A stretch of DNA of 38,956 nucleotides from the NCBI GenBank assembly GCA_023356515.1, contig JAKQYG010000001.1, positions 1-38,956 of the forward strand, in the 5' to 3' direction. The DNA is from Trichodesmium sp. MAG_R04. GTDB lineage: Bacteria > Cyanobacteriota > Cyanobacteriia > Cyanobacteriales > Microcoleaceae. The position numbers were made by a program, and so were the translations under genes. Below are positions 28,159 to 38,200 of this stretch, one piece after another (the stretch's first letter is position 1; every line of letters starts with the position of its first letter). The notes beneath the pieces were generated by a model. It did no database searches. It was given only the letters and a program-made list of their open reading frames with translations, and was not told where the DNA came from.

Positions 28159-30921
28159 ATGACTATTCCTAATTTTATCATCATAGGCGCTCAAAAGTGT
28201 GGTACAACTTCCTTGTATAACTATATGATTGAGCATCCACAAATTTTACCTGCAGCAAAAAAAGAATTGCATTTTTTTAACTGGGTTTCTAAAGCAGGAA
28301 ACAAAAGAAAAGCAGAGGGAGTAGATTGGTATTTATCTCAGTTTCCCACAATTCCTAGGGAGCAAAATTTAATAACTGGTGAAGCCACACCAGATTATTT
28401 AGTTGACCCGCATACTCCCCAGAGAATGTTTGATTTACTACCAGATGTTAAATTAATTGTACTTCTAAGAAATCCTATTGATAGAGCAGTATCTCATTAT
28501 CATCATAATCGAGGAATTAGTAAGAAACGAGAACCTTTACCTTTCAAGCAAGCGATTGAAAAAGAACCAGAAAGATTGAATACAGAAAAAGAAAAACTTA
28601 TCTCTGATGAAAATTATAGAAGTTTATTTCATAGAAACTATAGCTATTTGGAAAGAGGTATTTACATTGAACAATTAGAAAAATGGATGAGTATTTTTCC
28701 CAGAGAACAATTCTTAATTCTGAAAAGTGAAGATTTTTATGAAAATCCAGATATCATACTAAAAGAAGTATTTGAATTTTTAGGCTTGCCTAATTATCAA
28801 GTAACTAATAAAAAGAAGTATAATAAATTGTCTTATCAGCCAATGGATCCAAAAATCAGCTCAACTATTGCTCAATACTTTCAACCTTATAATCAAAGAC
28901 TAGAAGAATATTTAGGCATGAAATTTAATTGGGAAGATAGCACACATCAAGAAAAAGTTGAGTCGACAATTTTAGAAAAACCACAAAAACTTTATTTATC
29001 CTTAGAGTTAAAACTTAAGCAAAGGAAAGAATACCTAGATAACTACAAAAAAAGACTGGATAATCTAATTGCTAAGAATAATATTTCACCAGCTATACCT
29101 GTTGTAGGTCGGCCAGTTATTAATAACCACAACCAAGAATCAAAGGAAAGTGTAGTTAGTCCTAGGCTAGAATTACCAAAAATATTTGTTGAAAAGTATG
29201 ATCAGATTATTGATGAAATTTATAATGAATTATTTTGGGGATATGAAATCAGAGAAATTCAGGGAAACACTAACAACCAAGATACTATTAATATTTCTGG
29301 ATGGGCATTGGGAAAAAAGTGTCCTGTAGTTGCTATAGAAATAGTGGAATTGAGTAGCATACGGAAAAAGGTATCTGTTAATCAGCTATGCCCTGATATA
29401 GCTAAACGTTATCCAGAAAAACTCCAAGTAAAAGAAATTGGTTTTAATATAGATTTCCCAGTAAATAAATTACCACCTAAATTTCACTGGCTATTCCAAG
29501 CAGTATTTGCTGATGAAACTCGGATGCCAATAGGTTGTATAGGAAGAAATAATAATAAGTCACTAAATATTCACAAAACTCCTCTATTGACACAAAAAGC
29601 TATTGAATTTTTAGAAAAATTTTTCCAGCAGAAACCTAATGCTAAAGTATTAGAATTTGGCAGTGGTAGTTCTACTATATGGCTTTCTAAACTAACAAAA
29701 AATCTGATTTCTATCGAGCATGATGCAAAGTGGTTTCAGCAGATAAAAAATTATATTCAGAAGCAGAAAAATTGCTATCCAGTAGATATTAAACTATTAC
29801 CAAGACCATATCATAGAATTTGTGAAAATTATCTTCAAGAATATTTCGATTTAATTATTGTAGATGGTCGCGATAGAATGAAATGCTTTGAAGCGTCAAT
29901 TAAACTTTTAAAACCAGGTGGAATATTGATGCTGGATGATGCACAAAGAGAAAGGTATAAACAAGCTCAAGATTTGTTAAGAAATTGGCAATTTACAAAA
30001 ACTGTTACCAAGGCTCGGCATACTTATTGGTGGCAAAAGCCGTTTCAAGAAACGACATTTGTGGATAAAACCAATCAACCCCCTAATCAAAGACCAACAT
30101 CTCAGGAATTTAAAGAAACAGTTATAGCTGGTGTGTCAATGGTGAAAGATGAAGAGGATATTATCTACTACACCTTAGCTGGAAATTATAGACAAGGGGT
30201 CAAAAAATTTGTAATGCTGGATCATATGTCCTCAGATGGAACGAGGGATGAGATTAGACGTTTCGCTGATGACTATCCAGAAGCAATGGTTTACCTGATT
30301 GAAGATAGAGGCCCTTTATTTCATAAGTTCAGGAAAATGTCTGCTGCTGCTGAATTTGCCCATAGAATGTGGGGAACAGAATGGATATTTCCATTTGATG
30401 CTGATGAAGTGATCTATTCATCAGACCAACCTCTACCAACTATCCTTGGTCAATTGGAGCCAACACAACTTTGTCTTGGTCTGCAACACAGGAACTATTT
30501 ACTTCGTTCATTCTACGATTTATCTGAAGTTAATCCTCTTAAAAGAATGACTTACAGAAAGAAAGAAGATACTTCTAGTCGTGGGGATTACAGCAAGGTT
30601 ATAGTTCGCTGGCGGTCAGGTATGGAAATTACTCAGGCGCATCACTTTGTCAAGTTTAAGGGTAAGAAGCTACCTGTGACAATACTTGGAAAAAATCATG
30701 GACTTATCCTCAGACAATATAGATACCGTTCTCGAGAACAGGTAAAACAAAAAATTATTAATGGAGGAAAAGCTTACGAGGCAACCCCAGATATGAAAGG
30801 TGATTTTTGGCAAAAAAAGTATATAGAGTATCAGGAAAAAGGAGAAAGATTTATTGATGAGTTCTATACTTCTGAGACTAATGGAAATTCAGATGCTATT
30901 TATGATCCAGCCTGGGTGTAA
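28159..30921 (+). CDS. Sulfotransfer_1-type sulfotransferase + GW domain + SAM methyltransferase + GT2-like glycosyltransferase
   Basis: PNFIIIGAQKCGTTSLY, KELHFF, GEATPDY, LLRNPIDRAVSHY; INISGWALG; VLEFGSGSSTIW, IIVDGRDR, LMLDDAQRERY; SMVKDEEDII, DHMSSDGT, FDADE. Confidence 0.9.
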   Translation: MTIPNFIIIGAQKCGTTSLYNYMIEHPQILPAAKKELHFFNWVSKAGNKRKAEGVDWYLSQFPTIPREQNLITGEATPDYLVDPHTPQRMFDLLPDVKLIVLLRNPIDRAVSHYHHNRGISKKREPLPFKQAIEKEPERLNTEKEKLISDENYRSLFHRNYSYLERGIYIEQLEKWMSIFPREQFLILKSEDFYENPDIILKEVFEFLGLPNYQVTNKKKYNKLSYQPMDPKISSTIAQYFQPYNQRLEEYLGMKFNWEDSTHQEKVESTILEKPQKLYLSLELKLKQRKEYLDNYKKRLDNLIAKNNISPAIPVVGRPVINNHNQESKESVVSPRLELPKIFVEKYDQIIDEIYNELFWGYEIREIQGNTNNQDTINISGWALGKKCPVVAIEIVELSSIRKKVSVNQLCPDIAKRYPEKLQVKEIGFNIDFPVNKLPPKFHWLFQAVFADETRMPIGCIGRNNNKSLNIHKTPLLTQKAIEFLEKFFQQKPNAKVLEFGSGSSTIWLSKLTKNLISIEHDAKWFQQIKNYIQKQKNCYPVDIKLLPRPYHRICENYLQEYFDLIIVDGRDRMKCFEASIKLLKPGGILMLDDAQRERYKQAQDLLRNWQFTKTVTKARHTYWWQKPFQETTFVDKTNQPPNQRPTSQEFKETVIAGVSMVKDEEDIIYYTLAGNYRQGVKKFVMLDHMSSDGTRDEIRRFADDYPEAMVYLIEDRGPLFHKFRKMSAAAEFAHRMWGTEWIFPFDADEVIYSSDQPLPTILGQLEPTQLCLGLQHRNYLLRSFYDLSEVNPLKRMTYRKKEDTSSRGDYSKVIVRWRSGMEITQAHHFVKFKGKKLPVTILGKNHGLILRQYRYRSREQVKQKIINGGKAYEATPDMKGDFWQKKYIEYQEKGERFIDEFYTSETNGNSDAIYDPAWV

Positions 30922-31113
30922 ATATTTGTTAGCTTAATATTATTTTCTGCTCAAAGATTTCTCTTTCAGCTTTGGGTCTTGATACTAGGCTAGGATAAAT
31001 TATTGGAGCAATATACAACTCTACAATAAGCGCTAGCCTAAATAACCTGAGTTCGGGATTAGCTGAAATCCTGATTATATCGTTTTTAAGTAGAATTTTG
31101 GAAACTTTTTTTA

Positions 31114-33126
31114 ATGAACAAAATCAAACAAAAGTGCAAATTAAGTATATGTTCAATTATGAAAAATGAAGGACCATATTTAAAAGAATGGCTAGAATTT
31201 CATAAGTTAGTTGGTGTACAAAGATTTTATTTATATAACAATCATAGCACTGATAATACTCTTGATATTGTGCGTCCATATCGAGAAAATAATGAAGTAG
31301 TTATACAAAATTGGCCTGTAAAAAATGGTCAACAAATGAAAGCATATAATCATTTCCTAGAAAAGTATAAAAATGAATCAGAATGGATAGCATTTATAGA
31401 TTTAGATGAATTTTTATTTCCCACAGAAAAAAATGATTTGAGAGAAGTACTAGAAGAGTTTTCTGATATTCCTGCTATTGGAGTAAATTGGTTGATTTTT
31501 GGCACATCAGGACATCAGAAAAAAACCCAAGGATTGCAAATAGAAAATTTTACTAGACGAGCTAAAGAAGATTTCCAGGCTAACCTCAATTTCAAATGTA
31601 TTGTACGCAGTGAGTTTACTCTTAAATGTACTACTCCTCATCATTTTGTCTATGTGAATGATGGAGTAGCAGTGAACGAAAATCATGAAAAATTATCGGC
31701 CAAAGTTTCTCCTTACCATTCGGTGAAAAAATTGAGGATTAACCATTATTTTACTCGCTCTATGGAAGAAAGTTTAAACAAGATTAAGAGGGGTAGAGCA
31801 ACTGTAAATCACAAGAGAAAAATAGGAGAAATTAAATATCATGATCGCAATGAAGTAGAAGATTTGACTATTCAAAGATATATTCCTCAACTTAAAAAAA
31901 TATTAGACACAATTGCCAAGGATAATAGTAATGTTTATTCTTATTTAGAAAAATCCAACTCATCCTCATCACTAACTATTGGAAACTTAGGTAAAGTCGA
32001 GACTGAAAATCAATACCTAAAATTAACAGGTTGGGTAGTTTCTCTAAATCTGATTCCTGTCAGTAGCTTTAAAGTTTGGATTGGAGGTCAAGAATATAGA
32101 GAATTTCAACAAACTCTAGGAATCGAAAGTCCAAGAATAAAAAAAGCTCACCCTAGGTTAAAAGGAGCAGCAAAGGCGAGATTTTATCTAGAAATACCTC
32201 TCAAGACAATACACATAGAAAACTCTCAAAACCTCCTAATTATTTTAATCCCTATTTTGGAAAACTCTGAAGGTTGTGTTTTGATTAATGTTTTTAATCC
32301 TGCTTTCATCCTTCCTTCTAAAGAATATATAGATCTAGTTAATAGAAATAGTTCTTTTAATTTTCAATCTAATCCTTTCAAATGGTTAGGATATTTAATT
32401 CAAAGAGCAGGTGCTCAACCTACAGACAGTATTCTTGATATTGGTTGTGGAATAGGTTACATTGCTTATGGTTTAGCTCATTACTTAACACCTACAGCTC
32501 GTTATGAAGGTATTGAATTTTCAGAAAAAATAATTGATTGGGCACAACAAGAAATTACTGCTAGAAAGCCTAACTTTAATTTTGAATGGCACAATATTTA
32601 TCATCCTATTTACAATGCTAAGGGAACTATACCTATGGGGGAATTTATATTCCCTTATCCACAAGCAAGTTTTGATTTGATTTGTATTAGCAATCTTTTT
32701 ACTTATTTATCTAGCATTGATGTGTGTCATTATTTACATCAAATTCAACGTGTTTTAAAAGTCGGAGGCAAGTGTTTATTTGCCTGTTTTTTAATTAATA
32801 ATGAATCTCAAAAATTAATTACTGCTGGCAAGAGTTCTCAGCATTTAGCCAATGAAATAGAAGGTGGTTTATGTTTATATCCAAAACTGCCAGAAAAAAC
32901 GATTGGTCTTCAAGAATCCCTACTAATCGATTGGATTAAAGAAAGTGGTTTAACTATTGTATCCAGATATGATGGTTCTTGGTGTGGGCGCAAATCTTTT
33001 ACTTATCAAGATTTGCTAATTGTAGAAAAAAAAATTGAACTTAAATCCAAGTTATCTAACCACAAGTTTTTCTTAGAAAAATCAAAGTTTAAATTACAAA
33101 AAATTCAGACAGAACTTGATTGCTAA
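31114..33126 (+). CDS. GT92-like glycosyltransferase + GW domain + class I SAM methyltransferase + coiled-coil tail
   Basis: ICSIMKNEGPYLKEWLEFH, IDLDEF, INHYFTRS; LTGWVVS; ILDIGCGIG, FDLI..SNLFTYL, RVLKVGG, GSWCGR. Confidence 0.9.
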   Translation: MNKIKQKCKLSICSIMKNEGPYLKEWLEFHKLVGVQRFYLYNNHSTDNTLDIVRPYRENNEVVIQNWPVKNGQQMKAYNHFLEKYKNESEWIAFIDLDEFLFPTEKNDLREVLEEFSDIPAIGVNWLIFGTSGHQKKTQGLQIENFTRRAKEDFQANLNFKCIVRSEFTLKCTTPHHFVYVNDGVAVNENHEKLSAKVSPYHSVKKLRINHYFTRSMEESLNKIKRGRATVNHKRKIGEIKYHDRNEVEDLTIQRYIPQLKKILDTIAKDNSNVYSYLEKSNSSSSLTIGNLGKVETENQYLKLTGWVVSLNLIPVSSFKVWIGGQEYREFQQTLGIESPRIKKAHPRLKGAAKARFYLEIPLKTIHIENSQNLLIILIPILENSEGCVLINVFNPAFILPSKEYIDLVNRNSSFNFQSNPFKWLGYLIQRAGAQPTDSILDIGCGIGYIAYGLAHYLTPTARYEGIEFSEKIIDWAQQEITARKPNFNFEWHNIYHPIYNAKGTIPMGEFIFPYPQASFDLICISNLFTYLSSIDVCHYLHQIQRVLKVGGKCLFACFLINNESQKLITAGKSSQHLANEIEGGLCLYPKLPEKTIGLQESLLIDWIKESGLTIVSRYDGSWCGRKSFTYQDLLIVEKKIELKSKLSNHKFFLEKSKFKLQKIQTELDC

Positions 33127-33183
33127 AAATATCAAATAAAGCAAATTTAGGCACAATATCATTCTTCAATATTTAACATAAAA

Positions 33184-35061
33184 ATGAGTCAGATAAACCC
33201 AGCTCATCGCCCAGAAGAAGTCAAGGAAAAAATTATTTCAATTCATATACCAAAAACTGCTGGTACAACATTTAAAAAAGTTTTGAGACAAATATATCAT
33301 CCAGAAGAGATTTTCTTTGACTATCCTCACAAGGGTAATTTACGCCATAAAATGTTAACTAATCCCAAGCCAGCAGTCAAAGTAATTCATGGTCATTTTT
33401 CTAGCCATAAATATGATAGGAAATTTCCTGAGTGGAGAAAAATTATTTGGTTAAGAGATCCGATAAAACGGTTGATTTCTCTTTACTTTTTTTGGAAAAC
33501 TTGGCAAATATTCGTAGAAAGTGATGCAGAAAATTTAGCACCTGTCATAGAGTCTAGTTTGACATTTATAGAGTTTGCGTCAAAACCAGAAATGCAGAAT
33601 CTAATCAAATCAAAATTTGTACAAGAACAAAAATTAACAGATTTTGATTTTGTAGGGATTCAAGAGTTTTTTACTGAAGATTTACATGAACTCACAGTAA
33701 TGCTAAATTGGCCAGACTATGAATTAGAAACTCAAAATACTAATCCCTATCCAGAATATAAGTTATTACTAAAGGAAGTATTATCTAATCAAGAAATAGT
33801 CGATAAAATATCAGCTATAAATCAGGAAGATATAGAAATTTATCAAGAAGCATTAAGTTTGCGGGAGCAGCGAAAAAAAACATCAGAGATACAATACTAT
33901 ACTCAAAAAAACTCTGGAAAAAAACACTTTATCCAGAAAAAACGAAAAATTTATCCTTTACTTACTTGGGATTCTATTGATCGGGTGACTATAAAAAATC
34001 AACTTTTACGCTTATCTGGTTGGGTTGCTTCCCTAGATTTTGGTATGGTGGAAGGATTTAAAGTTTCTATTGGCAATCAAGAGTTTAGTTTCTTTGAACA
34101 AATTCTGAATATACCTAGTCCAGATGTAGAGAAGGCTCACCCTAGTTTATCCAATGCCAGTCATGCTAGATTCTATCTAAAAATACTTTTAAATCAACAA
34201 CAAATTAACCAATTAAAGCATTCATTAATTACTTTAACTCCTCGGTTTAAATGTGGTGAAGGTATTGTCATATTGAAAGTATTAGTGCCACTTTTACCAT
34301 TACCTAATAAAAAATTGAGAGAAATAATTGGAGAAAATGACAGTAGTCAATTTGTTCGTAATTCCTTTAGATTATTAGGATATTTAATTCAAAGATTAGG
34401 TTTACAACCACAAGACCATATTCTTGATGTTGGTTGTAATATTGGTACAGTTGCTTATGGCCTAGTTCATTATCTACAATCTTCTGGTCGTTATGAAGGT
34501 TTTGATATGGCAGAAGATTTGATTTGCTGGACAAAACAAGAAATTACAACTCGCAAACCTAACTTTAATTTTAGCTGGTATAATATTCATCACCCTCTTT
34601 ACAATCCTACAGGAAAAATATCGGCGAATAATTTTATTTTTCCTTATCCTGACGCGAGTTTTAATTGTGTTTGTATTTCTCACTTATTTACTCATTTACA
34701 AAGTTCAGCATTTCGTTATTTTATTGATGAAATATATAGAGTTTTACAACCGGGAGGGAGATGTTTATTAATTTGCTTTTTAATTAATTCAGAATCAGAA
34801 GAGTTGATGGCTAAAGGTAAAAGTTCTCAACAGTTTATTTATGAAATAGAGGATGGTTTTACTATAGATATTAATTTGCCAGAAAAAGGGATTGGTTTTA
34901 GGGAAAATTTACTATTAAAATGGGTAGAGCAACGAGGTTTTAATGTTCTAGAAAAATCTTATGGTTCTTGGTGTGGAAAGACTTCATTTATTAAAGAAGA
35001 TTTGTTAGTATTGGAAAAAAGTTTTCAAGAGGGAACAGGAAACGGGAAACAAAAATCGTAG
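33184..35061 (+). CDS. Sulfotransferase + GW domain + class I SAM methyltransferase
   Basis: ISIHIPKTAGTTF, IHGHF, WLRDPIKRLISLY, FDFVGIQE; LSGWVAS..SPDVEKAHP; ILDVGCNIG, LFTHL, RVLQPGG. Confidence 0.9.
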   Translation: MSQINPAHRPEEVKEKIISIHIPKTAGTTFKKVLRQIYHPEEIFFDYPHKGNLRHKMLTNPKPAVKVIHGHFSSHKYDRKFPEWRKIIWLRDPIKRLISLYFFWKTWQIFVESDAENLAPVIESSLTFIEFASKPEMQNLIKSKFVQEQKLTDFDFVGIQEFFTEDLHELTVMLNWPDYELETQNTNPYPEYKLLLKEVLSNQEIVDKISAINQEDIEIYQEALSLREQRKKTSEIQYYTQKNSGKKHFIQKKRKIYPLLTWDSIDRVTIKNQLLRLSGWVASLDFGMVEGFKVSIGNQEFSFFEQILNIPSPDVEKAHPSLSNASHARFYLKILLNQQQINQLKHSLITLTPRFKCGEGIVILKVLVPLLPLPNKKLREIIGENDSSQFVRNSFRLLGYLIQRLGLQPQDHILDVGCNIGTVAYGLVHYLQSSGRYEGFDMAEDLICWTKQEITTRKPNFNFSWYNIHHPLYNPTGKISANNFIFPYPDASFNCVCISHLFTHLQSSAFRYFIDEIYRVLQPGGRCLLICFLINSESEELMAKGKSSQQFIYEIEDGFTIDINLPEKGIGFRENLLLKWVEQRGFNVLEKSYGSWCGKTSFIKEDLLVLEKSFQEGTGNGKQKS

Positions 35062-35283
35062 GATTAGCAAATATTGAGCAATAGACACTTATGTAAATCA
35101 ATTAATATTTGCTTCTCTGAGTTTACTACTTTTTCAAAATCATATAGCATATTTTGGACAAATAATCTATAGGGTAAATGATGAAAATTTTGTAGTGCAG
35201 ACATCTTAACCAGGTAAGTGTACCTAATAAAAACAGAAAGGACTATAATTTAGTAACAAATAATTTAGCAGAATTTTAGTAAT

Positions 35284-38200
35284 ATGGAAAAAATTGAAAT
35301 GGTAGACAAACAACCTCAACAACTAGCAACAACTACTGGATTTTTAGACCAACTAGCAATAGAAAATGAAACTGTTTGTTTAAGTGGATGGGTTCTATCA
35401 TTTGAATCTGAACCTGTAACTAATTTTAAGGTTTTATTTGGTAGTAAACAATTAACAGGATTTGCACTAACTCAAGGTCTTCCTAGTCCTGGAGTTAAAA
35501 AAGCGCATCCTAATGTTTCTGCTGCTAATAATGCTCGGTTTATTATTCGCTTGCCGATGAATAAACTGCAGCAACAAGAATTTAAAGATGCTCTAATTAT
35601 TTTAATTCCTTTAGTAAAAAATCGTGCAGGAGAACCTTTATTAAATGGTGTTATTCCTGCTTTATCTTCTTTAGTAAAAACATCAGAAACTAATAATTTA
35701 CCAACTACTACTCCCCAAGTAGAATTGATTTCTGTTCATGTGCCAAAAGCTGCTGGAACTGCTTTTAGACAGGTTTTATTACAGGTTTATGGAACTCAAG
35801 GAGTGCTCACTGATAAAACTAATATGTTTGAAGATAATATGCCAGCTACTATTCATTGGCAAACTAAAGTTATTGAGGGTCATTTTCGGGCGGGTAAGTA
35901 TGACAAATTATTTCCTAATGCTTACAGAATTACATGGTTAAGAGAACCGATCCACAGATTAATTTCTGATTATTGTTTTCGCCACATATCTAATCCCACA
36001 AAAGAACATCTAAATAAAGAGAGTTTATTAAAGTTTGCTCAAGGTAATAGTAATTTGATGGCTTATTGTGTAAATAGTAAGTCTCTAGATTATTTTGATT
36101 TTATAGGAATTACAGAACATTTTGCTGAAGATTTACTAGAACTAAAAAATATTTTAGGTTGGTCTGATTATGAGGTAATTTATCAAAACAGAAATCCCTA
36201 TCCAGAATATGTTGAGTTTCAAAATAAAATCTTATCAGATAAAAAAATAATGGATGAATTAGCGGTAGCTAATAGTCAAGATATGGAACTTTATGCAGCA
36301 GCTTTAAAATTACGATCAGAAGGAAGAAGGAAGATGGAGCAAGGAAGAAGTGTAATTGATTTACCTGAACAAAATATAGTTGATTCAGAGGAATATCCAG
36401 TAACAGAAAAAACCAAATTATTATCAACATTAGGTTCTTTGGATAAGGCTGAATTTGATCAGCAACAATTAGTACTTACGGGTTGGGTTGTTGCCCCTAA
36501 TTTTGGTGCAGCAAAAGGGTTTAAATTAACTGTTGCAAATACTAGAATAGAAAAGTTTGAAACTGCCTTGAATTTGCCTAGTCTAGATGTGAAAAAATTC
36601 CACCCTAATCTTAATAATTCTGGTCAATCTAGATTCCGGATTAAAGTACCTCTTAACCCAGCACAAATTTCACAATTCCAAAATTCGCAGATTGATTTAA
36701 CTCCTATATTTAAAGATGGTGAAGGTGGGGTTTTATCCAAAGTATTGGGTAATCCCAAAAAAATAACTTTTCCTGAAGCACCCATAATTTTAGAAAAACC
36801 AAAACTTATTGCACCAATTAAAACAATTACAACTTTAGGTTATTTCGATAATGTGACAATTTCAAATCAGAATTTAGTAATATCTGGTTGGGTAGGTTCT
36901 TACAATTTTGGTTCTGTAAAAGGATTTAAAATTTCTATAGCAGGTCAGGAAATAACTAAGTTTAAACATTCTCTTGGTCTTGCTAGTCCAGATATAAAAA
37001 AAGCTTTTCCTAAACTTGCTGGTGCAGAAACAGCTCGTTTCCAAGTAACTATTCCTGTTTCTGAATCTGAAATTCTAGAATTTCAGGACTCTGTTCTTAG
37101 CTTAACTCCTTTATTTAAAGATGCTAAAGGTAAGGCTATAGTTAAAGTGGTTAATTTTGTGGGTAAAACTAATAAAACTGTAGACTACAAAATAGTTGAT
37201 TCCCATATTATTTTGCCTGATAAAACTTCTATACCTTTTCCACCTGAACTTTTAGTAAAACGGGTACATGGAGAATCAGAAATAAACGGCTTTTTACAAA
37301 TAGGTTTGGGAATAAGTCAAGACTTAAAATTAGCTTTGGATAAAATTGGTAAAAAATTTAGTGATTTTGATTCTGTTTTAGATTTTAACTGTAGTTGCGG
37401 ACGGGTAATGATTTGGAATTACTTGTTAAATAAGTCTACTTTATTCCATGGTACAGATGTAGATGCAGAAGCAATATCTTGGTGTCAAGAAAATCTTAAG
37501 TTTGCTAAGTTTAGTGTTAATCAAGCTTTACCTCCTACGGAATATGAAGATAATAAATTTGACTTTGTTTATCTAATTTCAGTATTTAGTCATATCAATG
37601 AAGAAATGCAGTTGCAATGGTTACAAGAACTACGCAGAATTACAAAACCAGAAGGTATTGTGATGATTACAACTCGCGGTCCTAATATTCCCAGGGAAGC
37701 TTACGATTTAACAACTAAATTAGAAAAAGAAGGGTTACTATTTTTTACATCTCCTGATAAAAATAAGGTTTTTCCTGATTGGTATCAAACTACTTATCAG
37801 ACTGAAGATTATATCAGAAATAAATGGGTATCGGAATTTGAAATAATTGATTTTATTTCTGGTGGTATTCGAGCTAGTCAAGACATAGTTATACTGAAAA
37901 ATAATCAGAAAAGTCAAGAGCAATTAGAACCTACATTATTACCTACAACTGGATATCTAGAATACATCGCATTGACAGATAAAAAAGAACTGTCTATCAA
38001 AGGTTGGGTAGCTGCGGTTGACTCAGGTATTCTGGAAAATATGAAGGTTGTTATTGCTGAAAGGGAAATACAAAACTTTCAATTGAAAAAAGCTATTCCT
38101 AGTCCGGATGTGAAAAAAAATAATTCTCACTTGGATGCAGAAACTTCTAGATTTGAGCTTTCTATACCTCTAAGTTCAGAACAGCTAGAGCAATATCGTA

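Noticed and set aside
31043-31062. TAACCTGAGTTCGGGATTAG as a mobile element end
   Set aside because: Resembles a cyanobacterial repeat terminus, but no partner end is visible.
35143-35247. TATAGCA...GACTATA-bounded repeat upstream of the large gene
   Set aside because: Too degenerate to delimit without a genome-wide search.
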